From the IMG/VR virus record IMGVR_UViG_3300005826_000023: 44,907 bases of DNA; one strand, 5' to 3'. The notes below the pieces were generated by a model, which made no database searches, was not told where the DNA came from, and saw nothing but the letters and a program-made list of their open reading frames with translations. Shown one piece after another: positions 1-8,876 of the stretch. Each line of letters begins with the position of its first letter. The stretch's first letter is position 1. Position numbers and translations under genes: made by a program. The DNA is from a virus.

Positions 1-120
1 ACTCGTGTATTCGGCGATAAGGCCGCTCCGTTCCTTTCAACGGGCCAGACCAACGCCAAACTTTTCGAGGAAGCCTATCAACGTTCGCGCGTCCTGGCCA
101 GCAAACCCCAGGTGCGTAAC
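1..120. repeat. Terminal redundancy copy 1, identical to 44788..44907 (circularisation overlap)
   Basis: Compared base by base: 120/120 identical. It lies inside an open reading frame. Confidence 0.95.
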
Positions 121-3100
121 CTCGCAATCGACCAGGAATTCATCCGGCAAAACCGGAAATTAATCGGTCGGTCAGTGGCAGACACGCTTATCGAGAATGT
201 GGCGGCTGATGCTGCCATCGCTGCCACCATGCACTCTAGCGACTTCCTGTTTCCGGATGAAATGTCGCTCATGGACCACGCGCTTTTCTTCGGCGGCACC
301 AATGCTATCTTTGGCGTGGCAGCCCTGGCTCATGCCAATTTTGTCCTCAAGCGGGGTATTCAGCAAGCGGCTGGCTCGGTCACAAAGGATGCTACCAATC
401 CGGGCAAAATACCCTTCGTCGATATTCAGGCGCAAATCTCCGGGGACAGGCACGCGGCGCTGACCTGGTTGGCGCATTATCGCGAGGATATTGCAGAACA
501 AGCGACGGCGGTTCGGCAAGCCCAGGATGAACTCTCCGTTTCTGCTACGCAAAGTGCTGATTCTGCCACTGCACAACGCATGAAGGACGTCATTGTCAAA
601 ATCGGCAGTGACTCTCCGCATACGGATATCACGCGCAGTTACGATATGTCTGCGGATGGCCCCGCGGTTAACACCATCCGTGAGGTGCTACGCAACGACC
701 CGAGTGCTGCATCTGGCGCCACGTCGTTTGAGGATTTTGCGACTCGTTCAGCGGCATCCGTGAATATTGCCATCGACACGCGCATGGCTGAGTTGAAGGC
801 TACACTCTCGGATATATCTGCGGAAATGACCGCGTTAACAAAACAGAACGAGCGCGGCTCGCGGAAGTTCACGAAGTTGCGGCAACAAGCCAGCAAAACG
901 CAGGCGGAGTTGGCTACAGTTTCGCAGTTGACGACAACGCTGTTTGAGATTGACGGCTCTACCTCAGTCACGCGTACACGTGCAGCCATCTTTCAGGATG
1001 GCGAACGCAAGATTGCACAGCTGCCTGACAAACAGGCGCTCATCCGCGTTAGCGGTCATGAGGTGACAATTTCGGAAACTGGTGCTGTCGAGATTCCCAT
1101 TACGCACATTCCCGAAGGGCTGACGCAGCGGAATCCAGCGCTAGAGGCCATCAAATACAGCCAGCCCGATGTCAACAAATCGCTGAATGTCCGTAACGCC
1201 AACGAACTTCGGCAGAAACTGCGTGGTGTTTTGGCCAGTCTACCCGTCACGCCAGAAGTCAAAGCCTTCCAGTCGCAGATTAAAGAACCGTCCTTCGTCG
1301 GCTATGTCATTGACGAGTTCGATTCGTTGGCATCCATGACGCCAACGGATAACTTCCGCATTCCCGTGACAATTGCTCGTGAGCAGGCATACGGTTTGGA
1401 TGCGAAGGGTCGTTTGCTTTTCCAGCCGCGTGGCCGGCAGTCAATGGATGGCGGGGCTTTCATTGCGCTTGACCACGAGGCCAAGACTGCCGTTTGGGAT
1501 GGACTGCAATCGCACATCGACCGAGTTACGCCCGAGACGTTTCCGGTAGGACTCAGCGTGCGCAGCTCGGACCACTTCACGAAGTTGGATTATCTTGAAG
1601 AGCTTGCCGCCAAATTTGGAGACGAGCGCCTCGCTAGAGAATTGTCCGACAGTATTGATAGCGTTGATGACATTCGCTACCTCAGCCTGAGCAAGAAGTT
1701 CGATGCCTATCAGCAACTTCGCAATATGGCCGATGAAGCCCATTTACGCGGCGAGGAGCGCCATATCTATGGCAACCTCGATAATGTGGCACGCGCGCTG
1801 AACCTGCCGCGAGATAATCACCCGTTGCTGACTTTCTTTGAGTCGCAACGCGTGGATGGCATAACTGTCAAGCTCGAATCACTTGCGAAGAACATGGAGG
1901 AACTGCGTGTTCGGTTGCGCCAGTATGTGGACCCACTAGAAAGCGATGGTCCGTTCGTCGGCACTACCACTGGTACCATGCTGCAAATGGCGCGGAATCG
2001 CAAGCCGATTCTTGGCGTCATGCGCATGGATATGGTGTCAATGGGTGCAGACCGTAGCGATTTGCTGCAGTACACCATGCGCCAACGTGCGACAGTGATG
2101 GAGAAACTCAAGCAGTCCACGCGAACAGGCGCGCGTCTGGTTCCCGCTATTGCCACGATGGCCGAACAGCAGCCCGCTATCATCAAGGCGGCAAAAGATG
2201 GCATCCAGAAACTCGTCCACGGTACGCTACTTGGTAGCAAATTGACGTCCGGCTTCGTGACGCAGGCATTCCGGCTGCGTGAAATGCCAGGTGCGCGGGC
2301 CATCGACCAGGCTACGGATTTGTTACAGAAGGTTGGCGAAAAGCAGATGGAACATTTGCTGCAATCGCCGAACTCGATGACACGTAGTCGGGCGAATCCC
2401 GCCGGTCTTAGCCATCAGCAAGTTATCAATCGCCTCATCGACGGCAATCATAGGGCCGACTTGTTGTCGTTTTCTGTTGCGCGTAATGCCATGGGCGCTG
2501 GTTGGGAACTTGCCGAAGCCGTGCCATACACAGCCGATGGAAAAACTGTCTACCAGTTCGAGCTGAAAGATTCCGTGACGAATCGGCGTATCTGGCGCGA
2601 AATGTTTGGCACGGACATGCCCGCGATTGACAAGAATAACAAGGTGTTCATGCCGATAACCGGGCGTCCTGTAACATACGGCGCTACTGAAACGGCATTT
2701 CATGCCATCTCGACAGTGGATGAAATCTCACAGGCGCTGTTGGCCGAATCGAATGCTCTACGCGTGGCGAAAGGTTTGCGGCCGATGCAGCACAAGCGTT
2801 GGCATATGCCGGCTCGCGTGCTGGAATCGAAGGAACTCGTCTATCTGCTTGATTCGGCGCAAAATGTGAAAACTGTCGTGGGCGGTGCTACGCCAAAGCA
2901 AGCGCTCGCCCGTGCACAGAAGGAAATCGACGAAGCCAAGCGCAACGGTGTCTTTCTGACGAAGGTTAATCAGCAGGATATAGCGCGCTACTATGACGCT
3001 AAGCTGGAAGCCTTCTTTGATATGAAGGACTTTAGCCGCCCGTGGGCGCAGACAGGGCCATCGAAAGGCAAATCGTTTGGCGAGGTTACGGAAACGGGCC

Positions 3101-5076
3101 CGCTTGCTGTACAATCCATGATGGAATCCCTGTTGCGGGGTTTCAGCGATGTGACACGCGAAGCACGGCTTACCCTTTTCGAGCCAGAACTGAACTACCT
3201 AAACCTGCAAAATGCCGCGGCAGGATTTGCTAATCGTAGCGACTCCGTGTTCTCTCTAGTGGCTAACCGTCTTGTCGGCACACAGAATCTCGCAGCTGAT
3301 AGCATTATCGGCCGTACGTTGCTGGCAGTAGAGACCAACTATGATAAGGCAATGACCGCCATCTGGGATGCAATGGCAAGTGCGCGAGGTGTGGCAACAA
3401 CGGCCGCCCAGCGAGCCACTGGCGGCGACCCGCAAGCATACCGGGAATTGAAGGAAGCGTTGCCGAGTACGCATCAGCCATTTAACGATATGATGGATTA
3501 CCTCAACCGCACGGATGTTGCGCGCATCCCGCCCGAGTTGAGGCGGCACGCTGCTGGCTCCAATGAAATCACCACGGCTGTCACTATCCGCATGTTCGAC
3601 GTTGGCATGGGGTTGGTCAATATCCTGTCACTGGCAACGACGTTGCCGCCTGTTTTGAAGATGCTGGAGCGGCGGACTGGTGAATCTGTTGCCGAGCACC
3701 TGGAGCGCATTTCCGGCTTTGGCGCTACAACGCCAGGCGGCGTGCCATATGTTAGCCCAACACGCGCTATCATTGAAGGGATGCAATTCTTCTTCTCGGA
3801 GGAAGGCCGGCGCGTGGCAGCAGAGGCGCGCAAACGCGGCTTCTTCGACCAGTTTGCCGCGGAACAGGTGGATATCTACGGGAGAACAGGACAGCAGTTT
3901 GTCACGAGTCATTTGCGGTCGTTGGCGGATAAGACATCCGTAGTTACCGATAAGACGGAGCGCCTTGCCCGTAGTTTGTCGTTCATGACATTCTATCAGA
4001 TGGGGAAAAAGGGTCTGGGTCTGGAAGATAACGCGGCAATGGCATTCGCACACGCCCAGGCCAACAATACTATTGCCGACTTCCGGCCAAGTAACCGACC
4101 CGTTATCTTCCAAGGTGCGGCCGGTATGCCGTTGGGACTATTCACCACCTTCATGTGGAACTTCTTGCAACGGATGTTCAATATCGTGGAGACTGGAAGC
4201 AAAGGTGCTGCGGCTTACCAGTTTGGCCTGCAAGCCTCTCTGTTTGGCGCAGAGTCACTACCTGGCGTGGAGGGGTACATGAATGTATTTACCTCCAACT
4301 ATGATGGCAGTCTCTCACCAGTTGATAGACTGCGTGAGGGATTTGGCGACACCTTCACCGACGTGTTCCTCAATGGCAGTGTGTCCACGCTGCTATCGCG
4401 TGGAATCACGTCTTTACTGCCGGGGGATTCCCCAAGTGGCGGTATCTCCATTGGTCCGCGTGCCGGCGTAGGCTTGCCGTTTGAATCCGGCATCGGTACG
4501 CAATCCATCGCCGCGTTCCGTTTGGCAGAACGTGCCTGGCGGACAAGTTTGGAAATCTTCGACAGTGTCGTGCAAGAGCGCGGGCTGAATTCAACTCAGG
4601 CTGCCCAGATTCTGGCAGCATCCAACATCAACAAGGGCCTCAGTAATGTCCTCGAACTCGCCTCCGGACAAGCCACCGACCTCTCCAATAACCTTATCGA
4701 GGAAGATACGCGTACCCGTGTTGGCATCGCTGCCAGAACTATTGGGTTCAAACCTCTCTTTTCAAATGAACTCCGTCAGGAAAACCGCCGCCATCGCGGA
4801 ATACTCCGCGCACAGTCTGAACTCAAAGAGCGACTGCGGGAAAATCTAATCGCCAAAGCGCGGTCTGGCAGTTTGCAATCGGATGATGTGGAAGAGGCGC
4901 TGGCCGACTACATGCGAGCCGGCGGTCGTCCTGACACATTTAAGCGGTTCTTCGTGTCACAGATGACGCGTGGTGTAACGAACAAGCTCGACCTGGATTT
5001 GGCAGAAGCGTTGCGTAACTCCGCCGACCAGAACCGCATTGCACGGTTGCTTACATTGTCAGATGAAGGCTTCTGA
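1..5076 (+). CDS. Giant internal virion / DNA-ejection protein (T7 gp16-like position). This is the C-terminal 1,691 aa; the N-terminus is at 44377..44907 across the circular junction. Full length 1,828 aa
   Basis: Frame 1 is open from base 1. The ORF-track start at 112 is only an internal GTG. The ATG at 44377 is in the same frame through the 120-bp overlap. It is the last and largest of the 136/281/734/1828-aa series. No enzymatic motif recognised. Confidence 0.8.
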   Translation, partial: TRVFGDKAAPFLSTGQTNAKLFEEAYQRSRVLASKPQVRNLAIDQEFIRQNRKLIGRSVADTLIENVAADAAIAATMHSSDFLFPDEMSLMDHALFFGGTNAIFGVAALAHANFVLKRGIQQAAGSVTKDATNPGKIPFVDIQAQISGDRHAALTWLAHYREDIAEQATAVRQAQDELSVSATQSADSATAQRMKDVIVKIGSDSPHTDITRSYDMSADGPAVNTIREVLRNDPSAASGATSFEDFATRSAASVNIAIDTRMAELKATLSDISAEMTALTKQNERGSRKFTKLRQQASKTQAELATVSQLTTTLFEIDGSTSVTRTRAAIFQDGERKIAQLPDKQALIRVSGHEVTISETGAVEIPITHIPEGLTQRNPALEAIKYSQPDVNKSLNVRNANELRQKLRGVLASLPVTPEVKAFQSQIKEPSFVGYVIDEFDSLASMTPTDNFRIPVTIAREQAYGLDAKGRLLFQPRGRQSMDGGAFIALDHEAKTAVWDGLQSHIDRVTPETFPVGLSVRSSDHFTKLDYLEELAAKFGDERLARELSDSIDSVDDIRYLSLSKKFDAYQQLRNMADEAHLRGEERHIYGNLDNVARALNLPRDNHPLLTFFESQRVDGITVKLESLAKNMEELRVRLRQYVDPLESDGPFVGTTTGTMLQMARNRKPILGVMRMDMVSMGADRSDLLQYTMRQRATVMEKLKQSTRTGARLVPAIATMAEQQPAIIKAAKDGIQKLVHGTLLGSKLTSGFVTQAFRLREMPGARAIDQATDLLQKVGEKQMEHLLQSPNSMTRSRANPAGLSHQQVINRLIDGNHRADLLSFSVARNAMGAGWELAEAVPYTADGKTVYQFELKDSVTNRRIWREMFGTDMPAIDKNNKVFMPITGRPVTYGATETAFHAISTVDEISQALLAESNALRVAKGLRPMQHKRWHMPARVLESKELVYLLDSAQNVKTVVGGATPKQALARAQKEIDEAKRNGVFLTKVNQQDIARYYDAKLEAFFDMKDFSRPWAQTGPSKGKSFGEVTETGPLAVQSMMESLLRGFSDVTREARLTLFEPELNYLNLQNAAAGFANRSDSVFSLVANRLVGTQNLAADSIIGRTLLAVETNYDKAMTAIWDAMASARGVATTAAQRATGGDPQAYRELKEALPSTHQPFNDMMDYLNRTDVARIPPELRRHAAGSNEITTAVTIRMFDVGMGLVNILSLATTLPPVLKMLERRTGESVAEHLERISGFGATTPGGVPYVSPTRAIIEGMQFFFSEEGRRVAAEARKRGFFDQFAAEQVDIYGRTGQQFVTSHLRSLADKTSVVTDKTERLARSLSFMTFYQMGKKGLGLEDNAAMAFAHAQANNTIADFRPSNRPVIFQGAAGMPLGLFTTFMWNFLQRMFNIVETGSKGAAAYQFGLQASLFGAESLPGVEGYMNVFTSNYDGSLSPVDRLREGFGDTFTDVFLNGSVSTLLSRGITSLLPGDSPSGGISIGPRAGVGLPFESGIGTQSIAAFRLAERAWRTSLEIFDSVVQERGLNSTQAAQILAASNINKGLSNVLELASGQATDLSNNLIEEDTRTRVGIAARTIGFKPLFSNELRQENRRHRGILRAQSELKERLRENLIAKARSGSLQSDDVEEALADYMRAGGRPDTFKRFFVSQMTRGVTNKLDLDLAEALRNSADQNRIARLLTLSDEGF

Positions 5077-5111
5077 CAGCGGCTTGACTCCTCAGTCGAT
5101 TCTGTCAGTTT

Positions 5112-5152
5112 GGTTGTACCGGAGTCGTCCACCCCGGTACAACCTTTTTTAT
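5112..5152 (+). terminator. Rho-independent terminator at the convergence of the two arms
   Basis: An 11-bp perfect stem GGTTGTACCGG (5112-5122) / CCGGTACAACC (5134-5144) is followed by TTTTTTATTT. On the minus strand the same hairpin has no U-tract. Confidence 0.8.
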
Positions 5153-5165
5153 TTGCTCTCTCCAC

Positions 5166-5495
5166 TCACTCCGCGATGCGCAAGACGCAGCGTAGAATGC
5201 TGTCGCCTTCAATTTCATCGCATACCAGCCGCGGATCTTGCAGTGGAAGAAGAATCCATCCTGGTGTTGGCGGTTCGCCGAGGCATGGGGTATCAATCGT
5301 GTCACAGCGCCATATCTCGGTTGGGATAATTCGCAACGTTGTCACGGCCGGTGGAGCCGGTTCTAGTTGCGGCAAATCTGGCGGACATGGACCAGAGGAA
5401 CCGCAGCCCTGCGCTGCCACATCAACGCAAATCAGTAACAGCGTGATTACCAGAATGAGCGATGCCCAATCGACACAGTTTGGTTTCGTTAGCAT
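5166..5495 (-). CDS. Proline-rich secreted or lipoprotein-like protein, o-spanin (Rz1-like) candidate, 109 aa
   Basis: Uses internal Met28 of ORF 5166..5576. Hydrophobic N-terminus ends in AAQGC. The mature part contains PCPPDLPQLEPAPP and PPTPGWILLP, which resembles the lambda Rz1 PPPPPAWIMQPPP region. Confidence 0.55.
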   Translation of the reverse strand: MLTKPNCVDWASLILVITLLLICVDVAAQGCGSSGPCPPDLPQLEPAPPAVTTLRIIPTEIWRCDTIDTPCLGEPPTPGWILLPLQDPRLVCDEIEGDSILRCVLRIAE

Positions 5496-5515
5496 TTTCT
5501 TTTCCCGATAGTTTT

Positions 5516-5812
5516 TCACTGCTTTTCCTCCGCCAGGGGAAAATGCTTGCCTTCCCCTTCCTTGAACACCCGGCAAAGCGCGTCGTACGCTTGTTTGCTT
5601 TTCTCATCATCGCCGAAGTAGCGGTCCAGCGAACCTTGGCTGGCAACAACACACAGTAGGCGGAAGCCAAGTCGGAGACTCTTATCTGCCACTGTGGCAG
5701 CGCGCGTCTCTACCTGGCCCACCAGCGTATCGAGTGCGTCGCTAGATTGCGCGACAGCGCACCCGGTAGTTGCCAAACTGGTGATGAGAACGATTGTCAC
5801 GATTGCTTTCAT
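5516..5812 (-). CDS. Small lipoprotein or signal-anchored protein, 98 aa. Possible i-spanin partner or superinfection-exclusion lipoprotein
   Basis: Uses internal Met29 of ORF 5516..5896, preceded by a GGAGG RBS. N-terminus MKAIVTIVLITSLATTGC looks like a signal peptide plus lipobox. Confidence 0.65.
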   Translation of the reverse strand: MKAIVTIVLITSLATTGCAVAQSSDALDTLVGQVETRAATVADKSLRLGFRLLCVVASQGSLDRYFGDDEKSKQAYDALCRVFKEGEGKHFPLAEEKQ

Positions 5813-5828
5813 CGTGTTCCTCCTATGG

Positions 5829-6140
5829 CTATCTCGGTGGGCCAGGCGGTCTTGGCGGTTTGCCTGGAATGGTATCGCTTGTCTTGCTTGCCTCATAGTA
5901 CGGACACTGCCCCGTGGGATTCACCTCTACTGTATGTGGCAAGGGTTTGCCGTTATAGAACACCTCCCGTCCGGTAGTGTAATCTAATAAAGACTTGTGT
6001 GGCGCATCGACTGCGTTGCAAAAGTTGAACCGCCAATCTCGGTCCAGGTCGATTGGCCGTAGCAACGCAAACGTCTCAAGGTCGTGCTGCTCAAAGTTCT
6101 TGCAGTTCACACAGAACGTGTACTGTCTGTATACAGGCAT
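5829..6140 (-). CDS. Cysteine-rich hypothetical protein, 103 aa (CxxC ... C ... CPYY)
   Basis: ORF packed tightly between neighbouring genes. Four Cys arranged like a metal-binding site. Confidence 0.65.
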   Translation of the reverse strand: MPVYRQYTFCVNCKNFEQHDLETFALLRPIDLDRDWRFNFCNAVDAPHKSLLDYTTGREVFYNGKPLPHTVEVNPTGQCPYYEASKTSDTIPGKPPRPPGPPR

Positions 6141-6143
6141 GAC

Positions 6144-7484
6144 TCATTTCTCCGTGTTAGCCACATTATCGAGCGGAAGTGGTGGCGGGTCGTTGCCAGT
6201 GAGAATACTCAACACATCGTCATCAACAGGCGTAAACTCCACGGCCTCTCGCAAGTCGTCTTTATAGACAAACGCCGAACCCAGTGTAGTTGTAACCTGT
6301 GCGATTTTGCCAGCGTTGACGAGGCCCGCCAATGAAGTCCGGTAGTCAATCTGTTTCATATCCCGCTGCATTACCGTCCAAAGAACGACATCGGTCACTG
6401 GCTGTCCCGCGCCGCGAATGAACTCTACCATCTTCTGCTTGGCGCGTGCCAGCGGTGATAGACCATATTCGCCAAGTGCATCCGGCATGTACTGCTCCGT
6501 CAGGTGCAGCAATCCGTGAGCCTCGTATACATCCTGCGGTTCAATCTCGTAACTACCGCGAACGGCCGCGAGTAACATGCTCACCTTGAGCAAATGAATC
6601 TGGCGGCGCTCGGCATAATACATGAAACGGTTATCGTGAATCTTCACTCGGTGCGAGTATAGGGTGTCAAACATTCCGGCGGCAGTGGCAGATTCTCGCA
6701 TTGCACCACGCATCTCGTACCATAGCCAACTGTAGACTTCGCCAAGTGCCTTTTTCAGACCCTGGTCTAATTTCGGACGGGGCACATCCTTATGTTTCGT
6801 CGCGCCGAATACCATTATGATGCGCGACATGAAACCCTGGCCGATGGCTTCTGCCGGTAACAGGGTACTGATATCTGTTGGCGTGGTCCCGCCTATCATA
6901 GTTGCCAACGGATTGGTCAACGTGGCCATATCGCGGCGTAGCCCGTACTTGTAATCGTCTCCATCATATAGGCGAATAAGGAAGCGCGTAAGGTCCAGGT
7001 TGTTCTGGCCCATAAAGCTACCCCATTCTTTAGCGCAGATAAACATGACGTGCTTATCCACATTGTTTATCTCCACCTCCTTATTCGCCAAGATATCGCC
7101 CATTGCCACTACATCACCAGCATCTAGTGCGCGATTCTCTTCGTCCTCTTCTTCGTCGCTAATGGCGCCAAGCGCAGTAATCAATCCTTGCCGTTGCCCG
7201 GCGGTATCGTCGGGTGCAAAGCGCACATCCGTATGCGCACGCACGAAATCCGAAGCCAGTTTGATGGCCGTGCTTTTTCTGGTGGCAGGCGGCCCGACCA
7301 GCAGTGTATATATATTCGGATACACATCGCCAATATCGAATGGAAACCAGACATGCCGTCCCATGCTAGCACTAGCCGCTGCCAATGCTGACCAAATGTG
7401 CATTAACTTTGGCGGTTCCGTATCCTCCGTATAAGCAAGATGCGCACGGATAAATGGATTCGTTACCTCGTCAATAGATTCCAT
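6144..7484 (-). CDS. P-loop NTPase of DUF3987 / primase-associated helicase type, 446 aa
   Basis: Walker A is LLVGPPATRKST. Later segments ICAKEWG, MIGGTTPTD and GFMSRIIMVF resemble the DUF3987 pattern. Family assignment is from memory of motifs only. Confidence 0.7.
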   Translation of the reverse strand: MESIDEVTNPFIRAHLAYTEDTEPPKLMHIWSALAAASASMGRHVWFPFDIGDVYPNIYTLLVGPPATRKSTAIKLASDFVRAHTDVRFAPDDTAGQRQGLITALGAISDEEEDEENRALDAGDVVAMGDILANKEVEINNVDKHVMFICAKEWGSFMGQNNLDLTRFLIRLYDGDDYKYGLRRDMATLTNPLATMIGGTTPTDISTLLPAEAIGQGFMSRIIMVFGATKHKDVPRPKLDQGLKKALGEVYSWLWYEMRGAMRESATAAGMFDTLYSHRVKIHDNRFMYYAERRQIHLLKVSMLLAAVRGSYEIEPQDVYEAHGLLHLTEQYMPDALGEYGLSPLARAKQKMVEFIRGAGQPVTDVVLWTVMQRDMKQIDYRTSLAGLVNAGKIAQVTTTLGSAFVYKDDLREAVEFTPVDDDVLSILTGNDPPPLPLDNVANTEK

Positions 7485-7509
7485 ATCGCGCGTTCCATAT
7501 CTCCGTGGG

Positions 7510-8160
7510 CTAGAAGCGCTTCCCGTGTTTGCGTGGCCTCTCGCGATTCGTCAGCATCTTCAGGACGATGATTTCGCCAGGAGTGAAGCTGTCCGGATGG
7601 TGCTTCAGGTTATGTAGCCATCCCATTAAATCCATGAGCCGGATAATGGCATCGGCTAATTCCACTTGTAGCGAAGGCGCCGGCACCTTGTCGTCAAACG
7701 CATACGGGTCGTTCCGCAATATCTCGACAGCCTCCGCCAACTCTGTCACCACCAACATGATTTTGGTGGACACGTAGAACGACAGCGGTAGCAAGTGCGC
7801 CGGCGGTCTATTTCGGCTCTGATACGAACTTTTGTCAATTGGGCCTGTGAACATTTCTGGTATGCGGATGTAATTAGCCTCATCATGGAATCCGCTTTCC
7901 GTTGCTTGCCGGCGACTCTCTTCGATAGCACCGTCCAGATATAGCGCAACATCGCTTGCTCGCAACTGGCGCCCTGTCCCTGGCAAATAGTTGAACGTCG
8001 CCCAAAATAGCTCATTGGCGCGTTTGGTTTTGTAGTGCGGACAGGCGCCTGCAAAGTTGGTTACTGCCTCTTTCTGCGATTGGCAGGGTGTAACGCCGCT
8101 GACTTCTATTCCGCAAACTTCACAGCGCACGGGCTCGATCGGTGTGTGCGTCTCAGACAT
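7510..8160 (-). CDS. MazG-like nucleoside triphosphate pyrophosphohydrolase with an N-terminal Cys-rich extension, 216 aa
   Basis: C-terminal half has ELAEAVE ... ELADAIIRLMDL and ends NRERPRKHGKRF, typical of phage MazG. N-terminus has CEVC ... C ... CPHY. Confidence 0.7.
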   Translation of the reverse strand: MSETHTPIEPVRCEVCGIEVSGVTPCQSQKEAVTNFAGACPHYKTKRANELFWATFNYLPGTGRQLRASDVALYLDGAIEESRRQATESGFHDEANYIRIPEMFTGPIDKSSYQSRNRPPAHLLPLSFYVSTKIMLVVTELAEAVEILRNDPYAFDDKVPAPSLQVELADAIIRLMDLMGWLHNLKHHPDSFTPGEIIVLKMLTNRERPRKHGKRF

Positions 8161-8872
8161 AGCCCCAATCCTCCCAAAATGTTGGTGACGTGTAAAAGCT
8201 GCATAATCTGGTGACGCGCTCTTGCAGCCACGTCAAATCGCGATTGTTGACAATGGTAGCATATCCGTCTGGGAAGTACGCCGCCAACAAGCTGACTTCA
8301 TCCGCCAGTAGCTTATTCAGGGCTTCTGACTCATGTAACGCATCGCGTCCCGGCTCGATGTGATACGGTCGATATATGTGGATTATCAACGCCTGCTTAT
8401 CCTTTAGCAGCGAAAGCTCATTGGGGAAACGCACGTCCGTAAAGATGCAGGGTTGTGGCCAGGTGCTGGCCATCCGATAATCCGCCAGCTTTACCCAGAG
8501 GTCTTGATGCACCAGTTTGCGACCCCACTCGGTTCCCAGCGTTTGCAACATTTGGCCGCGAGTCGGCGCCTTCGTGTGCTTGTTGGCTAGAGGACCGATG
8601 GGTTCCTGCTTGGCGATTGATTGGCTCAACTGCCGCACGTATAAATCTGGCGGTATAGTCCACGGCTCTTGCTCTTTCAGCAACGTGTGATGCCACTCCA
8701 GTGCCCACAACATTATTTTGAGTGGGTCTGCAAAACCCATGCACTTATATACGCCATTGAAGTGCTCGTTGATGAATCGAGCAACCGTGTCCTTACCGTG
8801 CCCTGCCTTACCGACGATGCCAATGTATCGAGGCATCGGCGGGCGCGTATCTACTAGCGATTCGTCTTGCAC
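8153..8872 (-). CDS. Deoxynucleoside monophosphate kinase-like P-loop protein
   Basis: P-loop IVGKAGHGKDT, and later HESE. GTG at 8872 has GGAG 7 nt upstream. Alternative starts are ATG 8836 (MPRYIGIVGK) and ATG 8920, which overlaps the polymerase gene. Confidence 0.7.
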   Translation of the reverse strand: MQDESLVDTRPPMPRYIGIVGKAGHGKDTVARFINEHFNGVYKCMGFADPLKIMLWALEWHHTLLKEQEPWTIPPDLYVRQLSQSIAKQEPIGPLANKHTKAPTRGQMLQTLGTEWGRKLVHQDLWVKLADYRMASTWPQPCIFTDVRFPNELSLLKDKQALIIHIYRPYHIEPGRDALHESEALNKLLADEVSLLAAYFPDGYATIVNNRDLTWLQERVTRLCSFYTSPTFWEDWGYV

Positions 8873-8876
8873 TATC

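Noticed and set aside
1-120. Biological direct terminal repeat
   Set aside because: The repeat lies in the middle of an uninterrupted 5.5-kb ORF, so it most likely reflects assembler overlap of a circular or permuted genome.
5110-5511. Plus-strand ORF of 133 aa downstream of the giant gene
   Set aside because: It begins inside the terminator hairpin, has a Ser/Arg/Gly-rich translation, and lies opposite the better-supported exported-protein genes on the minus strand.
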